DNA from: Clostridia bacterium
Lineage (GTDB): Bacteria > Bacillota > Clostridia > RGIG7378
Direction of reading: 5' to 3'
NCBI GenBank assembly: GCA_045588325.1
Contig: JAZNEA010000102.1
Coordinates: 1,348 to 65,347 of the forward strand
DNA length: 64,000 nucleotides
The notes under the pieces: generated by a model
The model's input: the letters and a program-made list of their open reading frames with translations, nothing else
Told to the model about the DNA's origin: nothing
Database searches by the model: none
Shown here: positions 39,401 to 47,542 of the stretch, piece after piece
How the letters are laid out: the number at the start of each line of letters is the position of its first letter
How positions within the stretch are numbered: the stretch's first letter is position 1
Position numbers and translations under genes: made by a program

Positions 39401-40030
39401 GTCTGCCTCCTGGGACAGCATGTCCATCTGAGAATCCAATTCATATATAATGTCCCTGATACGTGCCAGGTTGTCGTTGGCGATATTCAGTTTTTTCTCG
39501 GCCTCCTCCTTGCGGGTACGGAACTTGGTAATACCAGAGGCCTCCTCAAATATAGTACGGCGATCCTCAGCCTTGGAATTCAGGATAGAGTCAATCTTGC
39601 CCTGTCCTATTACAGAATATCCATCGCGGCCGATACCAGTATCCATGAACAGCTCACGTATGTCCTTAAGGCGACAATTTGTCTTGTTAATCTGGAATTC
39701 GCTCTCTCCGGACTTGTATACTCGTCTGGATACAGTTACCTCATCGTAATCGCATGGCAACTTTCTGTCCGAGTTATCAAATGTAAGGGCTACCTCGGCA
39801 AAACCTAAAGAACGTCTACCCTCACTACCGGAGAAAATGACGTCGTCCATCTTGGTACTACGGAGCAATCTGGGATTCTGCTCTCCCAATACCCACCTGA
39901 TAGCATCGGAAATGTTACTCTTTCCGCTACCATTCGGTCCTATAAATACAGTTATTCCATCTGCAAAATCCAAGTCCAGCTTATCTGCAAATGACTTGAA
40001 TCCCTGTACGTACAAATGTCTGAGTTTCAT
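36464..40030 (-). CDS. smc: Chromosome segregation protein SMC
   Basis: 1188 aa. The N-terminal Walker A is GPNGSGKSN. Long coiled coils flank a hinge. The C-terminal signature motif is LSGGERALTAIALLF with Walker B LLDEIEAALD. Confidence 0.95.
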   Translation of the reverse strand: MKLRHLYVQGFKSFADKLDLDFADGITVFIGPNGSGKSNISDAIRWVLGEQNPRLLRSTKMDDVIFSGSEGRRSLGFAEVALTFDNSDRKLPCDYDEVTVSRRVYKSGESEFQINKTNCRLKDIRELFMDTGIGRDGYSVIGQGKIDSILNSKAEDRRTIFEEASGITKFRTRKEEAEKKLNIANDNLARIRDIIYELDSQMDMLSQEADKAKRFIILRDELQELEVGIYVDNIRILLNKAEMYQAKVLELEQGIADCDASRQELVGRRSSFGDMEQQCVERLDQAKNQLHDVELELETAKGQRNLSYQRMAEAKGAISKAAEDAEILNKDVERIAQEIDSCDRQIADLDVQAQEVKAQLESKLNELAQLNARISERETISTGTTDRHAALSAEANSLGNRLTAIDTERQGNLSRISTLTADIAGAEAAIKAGVQQIAEAQTKLDNYDAKITTARNKIEALIDSKNDVINKLDLQKQELQRVNDDYQASNARLRTLKEMENSMEGYQRSVKNLMNACKQNRYLSTGVLGTVSELIRVDRKYEVAIEFVLGNSLQDVVTETDQDAKRCIEYLKSQSAGRVTFLPINAVKTRTLEREFVGRIGGHSGFVGVASELVKSGANVRPVVENLLGRIVVAKDLDSAMDMARKCDYNFKIVTLDGDMVNAGGAMTGGSRDTGAGRGFLSRKREIQELTESTQGMAGSIAQANAGLLQLELQLKNADRDLAAATEQFRNMHTDRAVMENSLRSLQVNCDRETARRDQLVDDRAQVVVANDALDTEQAAAKENLARINAEMAMIMEEIEAYGRQARQELEDKEALNSQISSRRSDLEKLEIITLNALHNKEREQIQMNSVLENIQQANKAKQQAQETLDQIENDIDRHETEIDGLIARRVASENNIKVLTAERDGLSEEFRKLNQQIEATDEAKMTYVAKLNRAQNDSIRQQSELEIVKNRLWDQYNLTYETSEGQYKVPENMSVARKRVDYLRDQIRSMGDVNVTAIDQYAANMERLRFLKEQEADVVESGEKLRKIISEVSAQMKEQFVSQFQLINDSFSQVFSDLFGGGRAYVELTDNTNVLESGVEIIVQLPGKKLQNMNLMSGGERALTAIALLFGILKLRPSPFCLLDEIEAALDEVNVSRFSNYLANCVDDTQFLIITHRRGTMEIANYMYGVTMQEPGVSKIVSMKIKE

Positions 40031-40746
40031 CGCTCAGTTTCCCCCTTTGTGGGCTTAACAAGGGACATCAATCCCTTGGCCGCCTCTTGTTCTGCCTCTT
40101 TTTTGGTGTGTCCATGTCCTGTTGCAGACAGTCCGGCTGCCCGAACCTCTGCCTCAAAACGCTTGTCATGGTCTGGGCCTGTCTCAGAGATAATAACGTA
40201 TCGTATTTCTCCCAGTCCCTTCCCCTGTATATAACTCTGCAAAGCGGACTTGTAGTCATCTACAAAGTTGCCGCTTAATACATCTGTGATAATGGGCATC
40301 ATAAGCCTGACGGCCACGGCCCTGGCTACGTCAAAGCAGGAGTCCAGATAGATTGCTCCCAATATTGCCTCTACAACGTCTGCCAACAGAGATGGCTTGC
40401 GGCGTCCCCCGCACAGCTCCTCTCCCTTACCCAGCAAGACGAATTCCGGCAAATCCAGCATCTCGATTGCGCATCTGTAAAGAGCCCTCTCGCAGACGAT
40501 ATTCGATCTGGTTTTGGACAGAACCCCCTCAGGAGCCTCTGGCATTCTCTCGTACAAGTATGAGCCTATGGATATTCCCAGCAAAGCATCTCCCAGAAAC
40601 TCCAATCGCTCATAGCTGGCACAGTGATTGTGTGAGGACAACTCGTTGGCCCTGGACGTGTGAGTCAGAGCCTGTCTGAGCAGGGCCTTATTGCGGAATA
40701 CGTATCCCAGCTTTTTTTCTATGCTAGCCTGCTGCTTTGGGTTCAT
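40027..40746 (-). CDS. rnc: Ribonuclease III
   Basis: 239 aa. The RNase III signature is ERLEFLGDALL. A C-terminal dsRBD is present. Confidence 0.9.
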   Translation of the reverse strand: MNPKQQASIEKKLGYVFRNKALLRQALTHTSRANELSSHNHCASYERLEFLGDALLGISIGSYLYERMPEAPEGVLSKTRSNIVCERALYRCAIEMLDLPEFVLLGKGEELCGGRRKPSLLADVVEAILGAIYLDSCFDVARAVAVRLMMPIITDVLSGNFVDDYKSALQSYIQGKGLGEIRYVIISETGPDHDKRFEAEVRAAGLSATGHGHTKKEAEQEAAKGLMSLVKPTKGETER

Positions 40747-41738
40747 TTTGCAAACTCCCTGGTGAGTCTTTCCACAATCCTGGAATCACTGAGAAGCATG
40801 GCCTTTTTGAGGATAACGCTGGCGAATGTGGAATCCTTGGAATTGCCGTGTGTCTTAATTACCAGGCCGTTTACGCCCAAAATAGGAGCGCCTGCACTCT
40901 CGTCTGTATTCATGGCCCTCTTCATCTCGGACATATCGCCCTTGATTGCAATATAGGCTGCCTTATTCTTAACATTCTTTTCGAATATGCCTCTCAGCAT
41001 ACCAGTCAGCATCTTGGCAGTGCCCTCGATGGCCTTGATAACGCAGTTGCCAGTAAATCCGTCACAAACTGCAACCTCTATCTTACCCTTGAGGATGTCT
41101 GCGGATTCGATGTTGCCCACAAAGTTTACGTTGGCATCCAGCAACTCCTCAAAAGCGTCCTTAACCACAGGTGTTCCCTTGCCATTTTCTGTGCCCATGT
41201 TCAGCAGACCTACCCTGGGATTGGGTGTGCCTGTCAGAACGTTGTAGTAGATGCGTCCGATTTTGGCGAACTGGACGTAGTTCTCAGGCTTGATAACCGG
41301 GTTTAATCCTGAGTCCAAAAGCAGTGTAAACTCGCCATTTCTGTTAGGAATGGACGCTGGCATGGTAGGTGACTGGATACCTTTGATCCTGCCCAAAATT
41401 AGGCTGGATCCCACCAGGAGTGCACCTGTGCTGCCTGCAGAAATCATCAGGTCCCCCTGACCCTCCTTTAGCATATCCATGCACTTGAACATAGATGCAT
41501 CCCTCTTTTGCTTAAGCACCTTAACCGGGTTGTCTGCCATGTCTACATATGTAGGCGCATCAATGACCTTAACGCGCTTGTCGTTAAAATCCTCTGCCTG
41601 CATAATGGGCTCTATAAGCTTTCTGTCGCCAACCAGCAAAATGTCAAAGCCTGTCTTAGCCCTGACTGCGTTCATTACTCCTCTGACTGCTGCACCTGGG
41701 CAATTGTCTCCGCCCATTGCATCTACAATAAATACCAT
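40743..41738 (-). CDS. plsX: Phosphate acyltransferase PlsX
   Basis: 331 aa PlsX family. It overlaps the rnc start by 4 nt. Confidence 0.9.
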   Translation of the reverse strand: MVFIVDAMGGDNCPGAAVRGVMNAVRAKTGFDILLVGDRKLIEPIMQAEDFNDKRVKVIDAPTYVDMADNPVKVLKQKRDASMFKCMDMLKEGQGDLMISAGSTGALLVGSSLILGRIKGIQSPTMPASIPNRNGEFTLLLDSGLNPVIKPENYVQFAKIGRIYYNVLTGTPNPRVGLLNMGTENGKGTPVVKDAFEELLDANVNFVGNIESADILKGKIEVAVCDGFTGNCVIKAIEGTAKMLTGMLRGIFEKNVKNKAAYIAIKGDMSEMKRAMNTDESAGAPILGVNGLVIKTHGNSKDSTFASVILKKAMLLSDSRIVERLTREFAK

Positions 41739-41742
41739 ATCT

Positions 41743-42315
41743 CTATCCTCTCAAATACTGCCTGTTGCGCAGCAAATACTCTACTCCGGACCAAATTGTC
41801 AAAATAACAGATAACCAAAATAGTATATCATACACATGGAATGTTGTGAAAATGATTGAAAACGGGAAATCCCTCAGTAAGGCGAAGATTACGGCCAGCA
41901 TCTGGAAAACCGTCTTGCACTTGCCTGTGATGCCTGCTGAGATAACCTTTCCGTCGCCAGTAGCTGCCATCATCCTGACTGCAGATACCAGAAACTCTCT
42001 GGCAACTATGATGATAACGCCCAGGGTTGGGAATATCCCCTGCCTGACCAGCACCAACATGGCAGAAACCACCAGCACCTTGTCTGCAATGGGATCCATA
42101 AACTTGCCAAAGTTGGTAACCAGGTTATGTTTTCGTGCCAGATGGCCGTCTACCGCATCTGATATGGCCGCCACAATAAAAATGGCAGCAGCCACGTATG
42201 TACCATAGGTGGCAAAAAAGCTATTGCCAATCCCCCACGGCAGACCCAGGGCGAATACCAGGAAAATCGGTATCAGGCATACTCTGAAAATTGTAATCCT
42301 GTTGGGAAGATTCAT
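41743..42315 (-). CDS. pgsA: CDP-diacylglycerol--glycerol-3-phosphate 3-phosphatidyltransferase
   Basis: 190 aa with a CDP-alcohol phosphatidyltransferase motif (DAVDGHLARK…G…DPIADK). Confidence 0.85.
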   Translation of the reverse strand: MNLPNRITIFRVCLIPIFLVFALGLPWGIGNSFFATYGTYVAAAIFIVAAISDAVDGHLARKHNLVTNFGKFMDPIADKVLVVSAMLVLVRQGIFPTLGVIIIVAREFLVSAVRMMAATGDGKVISAGITGKCKTVFQMLAVIFALLRDFPFSIIFTTFHVYDILFWLSVILTIWSGVEYLLRNRQYLRG

Positions 42316-43667
42316 CTTACCTCTCCTATCAATTCGTAGTCCCTGTAGGTCTGGATGTAAACATCCACCATATCACCTATTTCTAATGGCTCTGGACTGA
42401 CAAAGTATACATAATCGTCTATATCCGGGGCCTCACCATAGGTTCTGCCATAGTAGAAAATGCCGTCATCTGCCACGCCCTCTGTGATGGTCCTGTATGT
42501 CTGGCCCACACGAGCCTTGTTCTTGGCGCATGCCACCTTGTGCTGAGCACGCATAATCCTGCGGGCCCTGGCCTCCTTAGTCCTGGTGGGAATCTGCCCC
42601 TTCATCTCTCCGGCAGGTGTGCCGTCCTCTCGTGAATAGGCAAAGGCGCCAAGTCTGTCAAACCAGCCCTCAGACACAAATGAGATCAACTCCTGTATCT
42701 CCTCCTCTGTCTCCGTGGGGTAGCCAGCAATAAGAGATGTGCGGAGCACAATGCCCGGAACCTCCTGTCGCAACTTGGTCAGCACGGATTTGATCAGTGC
42801 CGAATCTCCTCTCCTGCGCATGTCCTTAAGGATTCTGTCGTTTATGTGCTGGATCGGAATATCAAGGTACTTGCACACCTTGGGATTCTCTCTCAGGACG
42901 GCAATAAGGTTATCGTCTATCTGCTCTGGGTATGTATACAAGACGCGAATCCACTCTATGCCATCAATCTTTGAAATCTCATCCATGAGCTCAGGCAATC
43001 TGCGTCTCTTGTACAAATCCAGACCATACCTGGTCGTATCCTGAGCCACCAGAATAATCTCCTTAACGCCCTTTGCTGCCAGGCGCCGGGCCTCGGCAAC
43101 CACATCCTCGTATTTTCTGGACCTATATCGGCCCTTGAGGCTGGGAATGACGCAATAAGAACATGCATTATTGCAGCCGTCTGCTATCTTGAGGAAGGCA
43201 TACGTGCCTGTGGAATGCATATTTTCTCTATTCAGGTAGGACAGGTCATTGAGATCCACAGGACCGTTCTTGTCAAAAATATCTCCAACATGAACGTGAT
43301 TGTCCTCATAAATCTGGGACTCTGCGCCCTCTACTGTGGCAATGATGTCATCGTAGGTACCTGTGCCAAACACATAGTCTACCCTGGGCATTTCTTCGCG
43401 AATTATCTCCCCGTACATCTGTGCCATACATCCCGTAACAACCAACTTGGCATCTGGCCTCATGGTCTCGGCTGCGCCCAGGATAGCCTCGATGGCCTCC
43501 TCCCTGGCACTACTGATAAAGGCACAGGTGTTGACTATAACCACATCTGCATTTGCCTGATTGTCTGTAAGTGCATATCTGCCTGTGGCCGCAAAATCAG
43601 CGGAAATATGCTCCGAATCTACAATGTTCTTGGGGCAACCAAGAGCTATAATGCAAACCTGCCTCAT
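42312..43667 (-). CDS. rimO: Ribosomal protein S12 methylthiotransferase RimO (radical SAM MTTase)
   Basis: 451 aa. An MTTase N-domain is followed by a radical-SAM domain whose iron-sulfur ligand Cys residues lie in the CNNACSYC segment (CxxxCxxC), then a C-terminal TRAM domain. The rimO-pgsA adjacency is conserved in Firmicutes. Confidence 0.8.
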   Translation of the reverse strand: MRQVCIIALGCPKNIVDSEHISADFAATGRYALTDNQANADVVIVNTCAFISSAREEAIEAILGAAETMRPDAKLVVTGCMAQMYGEIIREEMPRVDYVFGTGTYDDIIATVEGAESQIYEDNHVHVGDIFDKNGPVDLNDLSYLNRENMHSTGTYAFLKIADGCNNACSYCVIPSLKGRYRSRKYEDVVAEARRLAAKGVKEIILVAQDTTRYGLDLYKRRRLPELMDEISKIDGIEWIRVLYTYPEQIDDNLIAVLRENPKVCKYLDIPIQHINDRILKDMRRRGDSALIKSVLTKLRQEVPGIVLRTSLIAGYPTETEEEIQELISFVSEGWFDRLGAFAYSREDGTPAGEMKGQIPTRTKEARARRIMRAQHKVACAKNKARVGQTYRTITEGVADDGIFYYGRTYGEAPDIDDYVYFVSPEPLEIGDMVDVYIQTYRDYELIGEVR

Positions 43668-45259
43668 ACTACCTCTTCTCTCTGGAGTTTGATCTCCCTA
43701 AGCTCCAGTCCTGGGTTTCTGTCGATGGACATATCAATGGACCACCTGTTTTCGAACAACAATACTGGCATGCCCTCATTATCCTCAATGCGCATTACGC
43801 CGCTGGGGAGTTTGAGTGAATCCAGGTCCTTAACCTCAGAATCGATCCAACGAGCAGCACTGTGGGGCATGTTGGCGAATCTGAGATCAACGCCATATTC
43901 ACCCTTCATCCTGTGGCAGAAAACCTCAAACTGCAGCTCACCAACAGCTCCGATAATGATGGTCTCCATGCCTGTGTCGGGCCTGCGGAAAATCTGTACG
44001 GCGCCCTCCTCGGCAAGCTGCTGAACGCCCTTGGAGAACTGCTTGCGCTTCATGGAATCCTTGGGGGAAACTGTGGCAAACAATTCGCATGGGAACACAG
44101 GCAGGGGCTCAAACTGCAGTCTCTTTTTGCCTGCAGAAACTGTGTCTCCTACTGTAAAGTCGCCCTGGTCGAAGATACCGATAATATCTCCCGGCCATGC
44201 ATCCTCTACTACAACTCTATCCTGTGCCATAAACTGCTGGGGCTGGGCCAATCTGACCTGCCTGCCTGTACGGGTCTGTGTGACCTCCATACCCTTTTCA
44301 AAATGGCCGGAACAAATGCGCATAAAGGCAATCCTATCTCTGTGAGCAGGGTTCATGTTGGCCTGAATCTTAAAAATAAAGCCTGAGAAATCCGGGTCAT
44401 CTGCCTCGATTTTGCCCATATTGGACTTGTGTGCGCCGGGACATGGTGCCAGCTCTAAGAAGGCCTTGAGGAAAGGCTCAACGCCAAAGTTGTTCATGGC
44501 AGAACCAAAGAACATGGGGGTCAGTTCTCCCTTGATAATCCTGTCGTAATCGTAGGGATCACCTGCCATATCCAGGAGTTCTAATTCCTCGGTAAACTTA
44601 TTGTAGTGGTAGTCATCCAGCAAAGCCCTGAATGACTCATCCTCTGTGGAACCTGTGATGGATGAAACCATGGATGCGCCGTGGTTGCCACCGGAATACA
44701 GCTGAATCTGCCTGGACTGTCTGTCATATACTCCCTTAAAGTCGCCCTCTGTACCTATTGGCCAGTTCATGGGATAGCATCTGATGCCCAACACTGTCTC
44801 GATCTCGTCCATGAGCTCAAAGGGGTCCTTGGCTGCACGGTCCATCTTGTTTACAAACGTAAAAATAGGGATGTTGCGCAGGCGACAAACCTGGAACAGC
44901 TTGATGGTCTGGGGCTCAACGCCCTTGGCGCCGTCAATAAGCATAACTGCGCTATCCGCAGCCATAAGTGTACGATATGTGTCCTCTGAGAAATCCTGGT
45001 GTCCAGGAGTATCCAGAATGTTGATGCAATAACCGTCATAATTGAACTGCATGGCAGAAGAAGTAACAGAGATACCTCTCTGCTTCTCAATATCCATCCA
45101 GTCGGATGTGGCAAACTTGGCTGCACGACGAGCCTTAACGGATCCGGCCATGTTAATGGCACCTCCGTACAGCAAAAGCTTCTCCGTCATGGTTGTCTTA
45201 CCTGCGTCGGGGTGGGATATAATGGCGAATGTTCTCCTGCTCTTAATTTCTTGTCTCAT
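43664..45259 (-). CDS. prfC: Peptide chain release factor 3
   Basis: 531 aa translational GTPase (AIISHPDAGKTT, DTPGHQDF, NKMD motifs). Confidence 0.95.
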   Translation of the reverse strand: MRQEIKSRRTFAIISHPDAGKTTMTEKLLLYGGAINMAGSVKARRAAKFATSDWMDIEKQRGISVTSSAMQFNYDGYCINILDTPGHQDFSEDTYRTLMAADSAVMLIDGAKGVEPQTIKLFQVCRLRNIPIFTFVNKMDRAAKDPFELMDEIETVLGIRCYPMNWPIGTEGDFKGVYDRQSRQIQLYSGGNHGASMVSSITGSTEDESFRALLDDYHYNKFTEELELLDMAGDPYDYDRIIKGELTPMFFGSAMNNFGVEPFLKAFLELAPCPGAHKSNMGKIEADDPDFSGFIFKIQANMNPAHRDRIAFMRICSGHFEKGMEVTQTRTGRQVRLAQPQQFMAQDRVVVEDAWPGDIIGIFDQGDFTVGDTVSAGKKRLQFEPLPVFPCELFATVSPKDSMKRKQFSKGVQQLAEEGAVQIFRRPDTGMETIIIGAVGELQFEVFCHRMKGEYGVDLRFANMPHSAARWIDSEVKDLDSLKLPSGVMRIEDNEGMPVLLFENRWSIDMSIDRNPGLELREIKLQREEVV

Positions 45260-45320
45260 AAAACCTCTGCAATATAATAAAAGGCATACTAACCCATAAT
45301 CCGTATTATTTTACAGCTAT

Positions 45321-45372
45321 GGGAAAATAAAAGCAAGAAATAGCGCAGCAACCACTATGGGCTACTGCGCTA
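45321..45372 (-). terminator. Candidate terminator downstream of the lipoprotein pair
   Basis: Minus-strand stem TAGCGCAG…CTGCGCTA followed by a T-rich tract (TTTCTTGCTTTTATTTTCCC). Confidence 0.45.
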
Positions 45373-45465
45373 AAGAATAAGGAGTCCTATCCGCTGGTGC
45401 AGGAATCACCAACGAATGCTGATATTTTGTGCTTTAACCTCCTGGACGTTATTCCATCCTTCATA

Positions 45466-45843
45466 TTACTCATTATTTATATCATCATCATAAGTTTCAG
45501 AATCAGGCTCATAAGCTGTCCCACTGTATGTAAATATGCTCTTGCCCAACGGCATAGTGGCATATGCTTTATCCGCCTCAGCAATCATTATGGTTGTCAT
45601 AGATGCGGGCGTACAAAGTTCATCCTTATTACTATGGATATTTATTACCGGATAAAGCACACCTGGCAATCGAGTCTCCAGATTCACTATATTTTGGAAA
45701 ATACTGGTGTCTTGCGCCTCAGGAGTAGGCATAGGATTTGCAGTGTCTGATGTGGGTTCTGCTCTGCCGCACGCAGTGATGCAAAATGCAAGGGTCAAAC
45801 AACAAAACAATATAGCAACTATTCTTTCTATTCTGTTATCCAT
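45466..45843 (-). CDS. Small lipoprotein, paralog A (unknown function)
   Basis: 126 aa. The start was set at MDNRIERIV (SD GAGGGTG 9 nt upstream). The lipobox is FCITAC. The C-terminal ~60 aa (LYPVINIH…MTTIMIAEADKAYATM…) are shared with paralog B. Confidence 0.5.
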   Translation of the reverse strand: MDNRIERIVAILFCCLTLAFCITACGRAEPTSDTANPMPTPEAQDTSIFQNIVNLETRLPGVLYPVINIHSNKDELCTPASMTTIMIAEADKAYATMPLGKSIFTYSGTAYEPDSETYDDDINNE

Positions 45844-45868
45844 GTAAATGCACCCTCGTCTTTCTCTC
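45824..45868. repeat. 45-bp perfect direct repeat, copy 1 (spans SD + start codon of lipoprotein A)
   Basis: CTTTCTATTCTGTTATCCATGTAAATGCACCCTCGTCTTTCTCTC is identical to 46435-46479. Confidence 0.9.
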
Positions 45869-46454
45869 ATCTTTCTTTATCTTCCGAATGATAGAAGTTA
45901 TCTATCCTATTATCCTTGTCATCAAAGTAATTTCCACTAAATGTAAATTTGATCTCACCAATTAGCATTTCTGCGTACCTTTTATCTACCTCAGCAGTCA
46001 TTAATGAAGTCATATACGCGCAGTCAAATGCATTTCCCTCCATATGGACATTTATCACCGGGTATAATATATTGCCTTCTATGACTGGATTGGGATTCAA
46101 TGTTACCGTTGGAGTGCCAGACTCCCATTCCGCCTTAATCACCAACAATGCCTTATCCTTAAAGAAATCCTCATCATATTCCTTGTCAAGACGTAAATTG
46201 TTATACTCCTCTATAGTCTTTATCCAATATGCTCCGTAGTCCGCTTCCCTATTAGTGTAGAAACTTATATTCGTAACATTATCAAATACACTTTCCCTCA
46301 ATAATTCTGGCGTAGTAGTTGCATTTTCCTCAGGAGTTTGTGTTACTACATCAGCTCCTAAGTCTGTTATTTGGCCTGGACTACAACCTGCAATACAAGC
46401 TATCAACAAAATGGCTACTAGCACTTTAACAAGCCTTTCTATTCTGTTATCCAT
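45867..46454 (-). CDS. Small lipoprotein, paralog B (unknown function)
   Basis: 195 aa. The start was set at MDNRIERLV. The lipobox is LIACIAGC. It carries an extra ~70-aa middle segment plus the shared C-terminal domain (LYPVINVH…MTSLMTAEVDKRYAEM…). Its stop lies 24 nt before the paralog A start. Confidence 0.5.
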   Translation of the reverse strand: MDNRIERLVKVLVAILLIACIAGCSPGQITDLGADVVTQTPEENATTTPELLRESVFDNVTNISFYTNREADYGAYWIKTIEEYNNLRLDKEYDEDFFKDKALLVIKAEWESGTPTVTLNPNPVIEGNILYPVINVHMEGNAFDCAYMTSLMTAEVDKRYAEMLIGEIKFTFSGNYFDDKDNRIDNFYHSEDKER

Positions 46455-46479
46455 GTAAATGCACCCTCGTCTTTCTCTC
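46435..46479. repeat. 45-bp perfect direct repeat, copy 2 (spans SD + start codon of lipoprotein B)
   Basis: Identical to 45824-45868. Confidence 0.9.
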
Positions 46480-46495
46480 TCCCTGTCCTTCTCTA

Positions 46496-46545
46496 CCCAA
46501 AAAACACAAAGAGCGCCTATACTCTCCAAACAGAGTATGACGCTC
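46496..46545 (-). terminator. Intrinsic terminator downstream of the rluA-family gene
   Basis: Minus-strand hairpin GAGCGTCATACTCT-GTTTGG-AGAGTATAGGCGCTC followed by TTTGTGTTTTTTGGG. It ends about 40 nt before the lipoprotein B start. Confidence 0.6.
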
Positions 46546-46711
46546 CAACTTAAGTCTTTATATTATCGATTGGACTTAGGTGGTAGAGGCCATGCCTCTG
46601 AGAAGTAGATTATCACTTATCGCCTATATGTCCTTAGCTTTACAATATATTTATACCATAGTTTTCAAGGTTTATAAAGTCAGTATGTCAGACTAGTTAT
46701 TAAGATCCCGT

Positions 46712-47542
46712 CTATACCTTAACCACCAATGGCTCCCCATCCTTGTAGTCCGGCACCTCTATCTCATACGCCATCAGCTCCTGATGCCTGTAGCCCAGCT
46801 TCTTGTTCAGCTCATAATTGCCGTACTTGCTGTCCCCTACTATTGGGCATCCCAGTGCCGCCATCTGGGCTCGGATCTGGTGGGTTCTGCCTGTATAGAG
46901 CGTAACCTCCACCTCATATATGTCAGGAGCATCATTCACCTTTCCTGCCACCTTGTATCCGGTTATTGCCTGTAACCTGTTGGGGCCCGGTTGGTTATAC
47001 ACTTTGACCATTCCCCTCTTGGCATCCTTCTCCATGTAGGAGACTACCTTGTCGGACTCCCTGGGCGGTCTGCCGAACACCTTAGTCCTGTATTTCTTTG
47101 TAATATCCCTGTCTCGAATCAGAGCAGTTATCCTGTCCCTCTGCTCCTCCGTCTTTGCAAATATGACAAGTCCTGCGGTGTTTCTATCCAGCCTATGGCA
47201 GGGGAACCACTCCCCCGGCAGAACATCTGCAAGGGTTAGTTCATTGGCCGGTCCATCGCACACACATATTCCAGCAGGCTTATTCACGATTGTAATGTTG
47301 TCGTCCTCGTATGCAATCTGAGGCTCCTGAATGCCCATCAGGACATAATCTGCTATGTAGGCCTGTACAGAATCGCCTGTATGCACAACGTGGCTGGCAT
47401 CTGCACGATGCCCATTTACCTTAATGTCCCTTTGTCTGAAGGCCTTGTGCAACGCGGATTTTGGCATCCTGTCAAAAGTCCCCATCAGGAACCTATCGAC
47501 AGTCACGCCATTATGCTTATCTGTAACAGTAAATATCCTCAT
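46712..47542 (-). CDS. RluA-family 23S rRNA/tRNA pseudouridine synthase (S4 domain + catalytic domain)
   Basis: 276 aa. The N-terminal S4-like domain is followed by the catalytic motif HRLDRNTAGLVIFAK with the conserved Asp. Confidence 0.8.
   Translation of the reverse strand: MRIFTVTDKHNGVTVDRFLMGTFDRMPKSALHKAFRQRDIKVNGHRADASHVVHTGDSVQAYIADYVLMGIQEPQIAYEDDNITIVNKPAGICVCDGPANELTLADVLPGEWFPCHRLDRNTAGLVIFAKTEEQRDRITALIRDRDITKKYRTKVFGRPPRESDKVVSYMEKDAKRGMVKVYNQPGPNRLQAITGYKVAGKVNDAPDIYEVEVTLYTGRTHQIRAQMAALGCPIVGDSKYGNYELNKKLGYRHQELMAYEIEVPDYKDGEPLVVKV

Noticed and set aside
46592-46696. 34-codon plus-strand ORF (MPLRSRLSLIAYMSLALQYIYTIVFKVYKVSMSD) in the rluA-lipoprotein spacer
   Set aside because: Very short, weak and too-close SD, no conservation evidence. 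Below any reasonable calling threshold; noted only as a possible small hydrophobic peptide.
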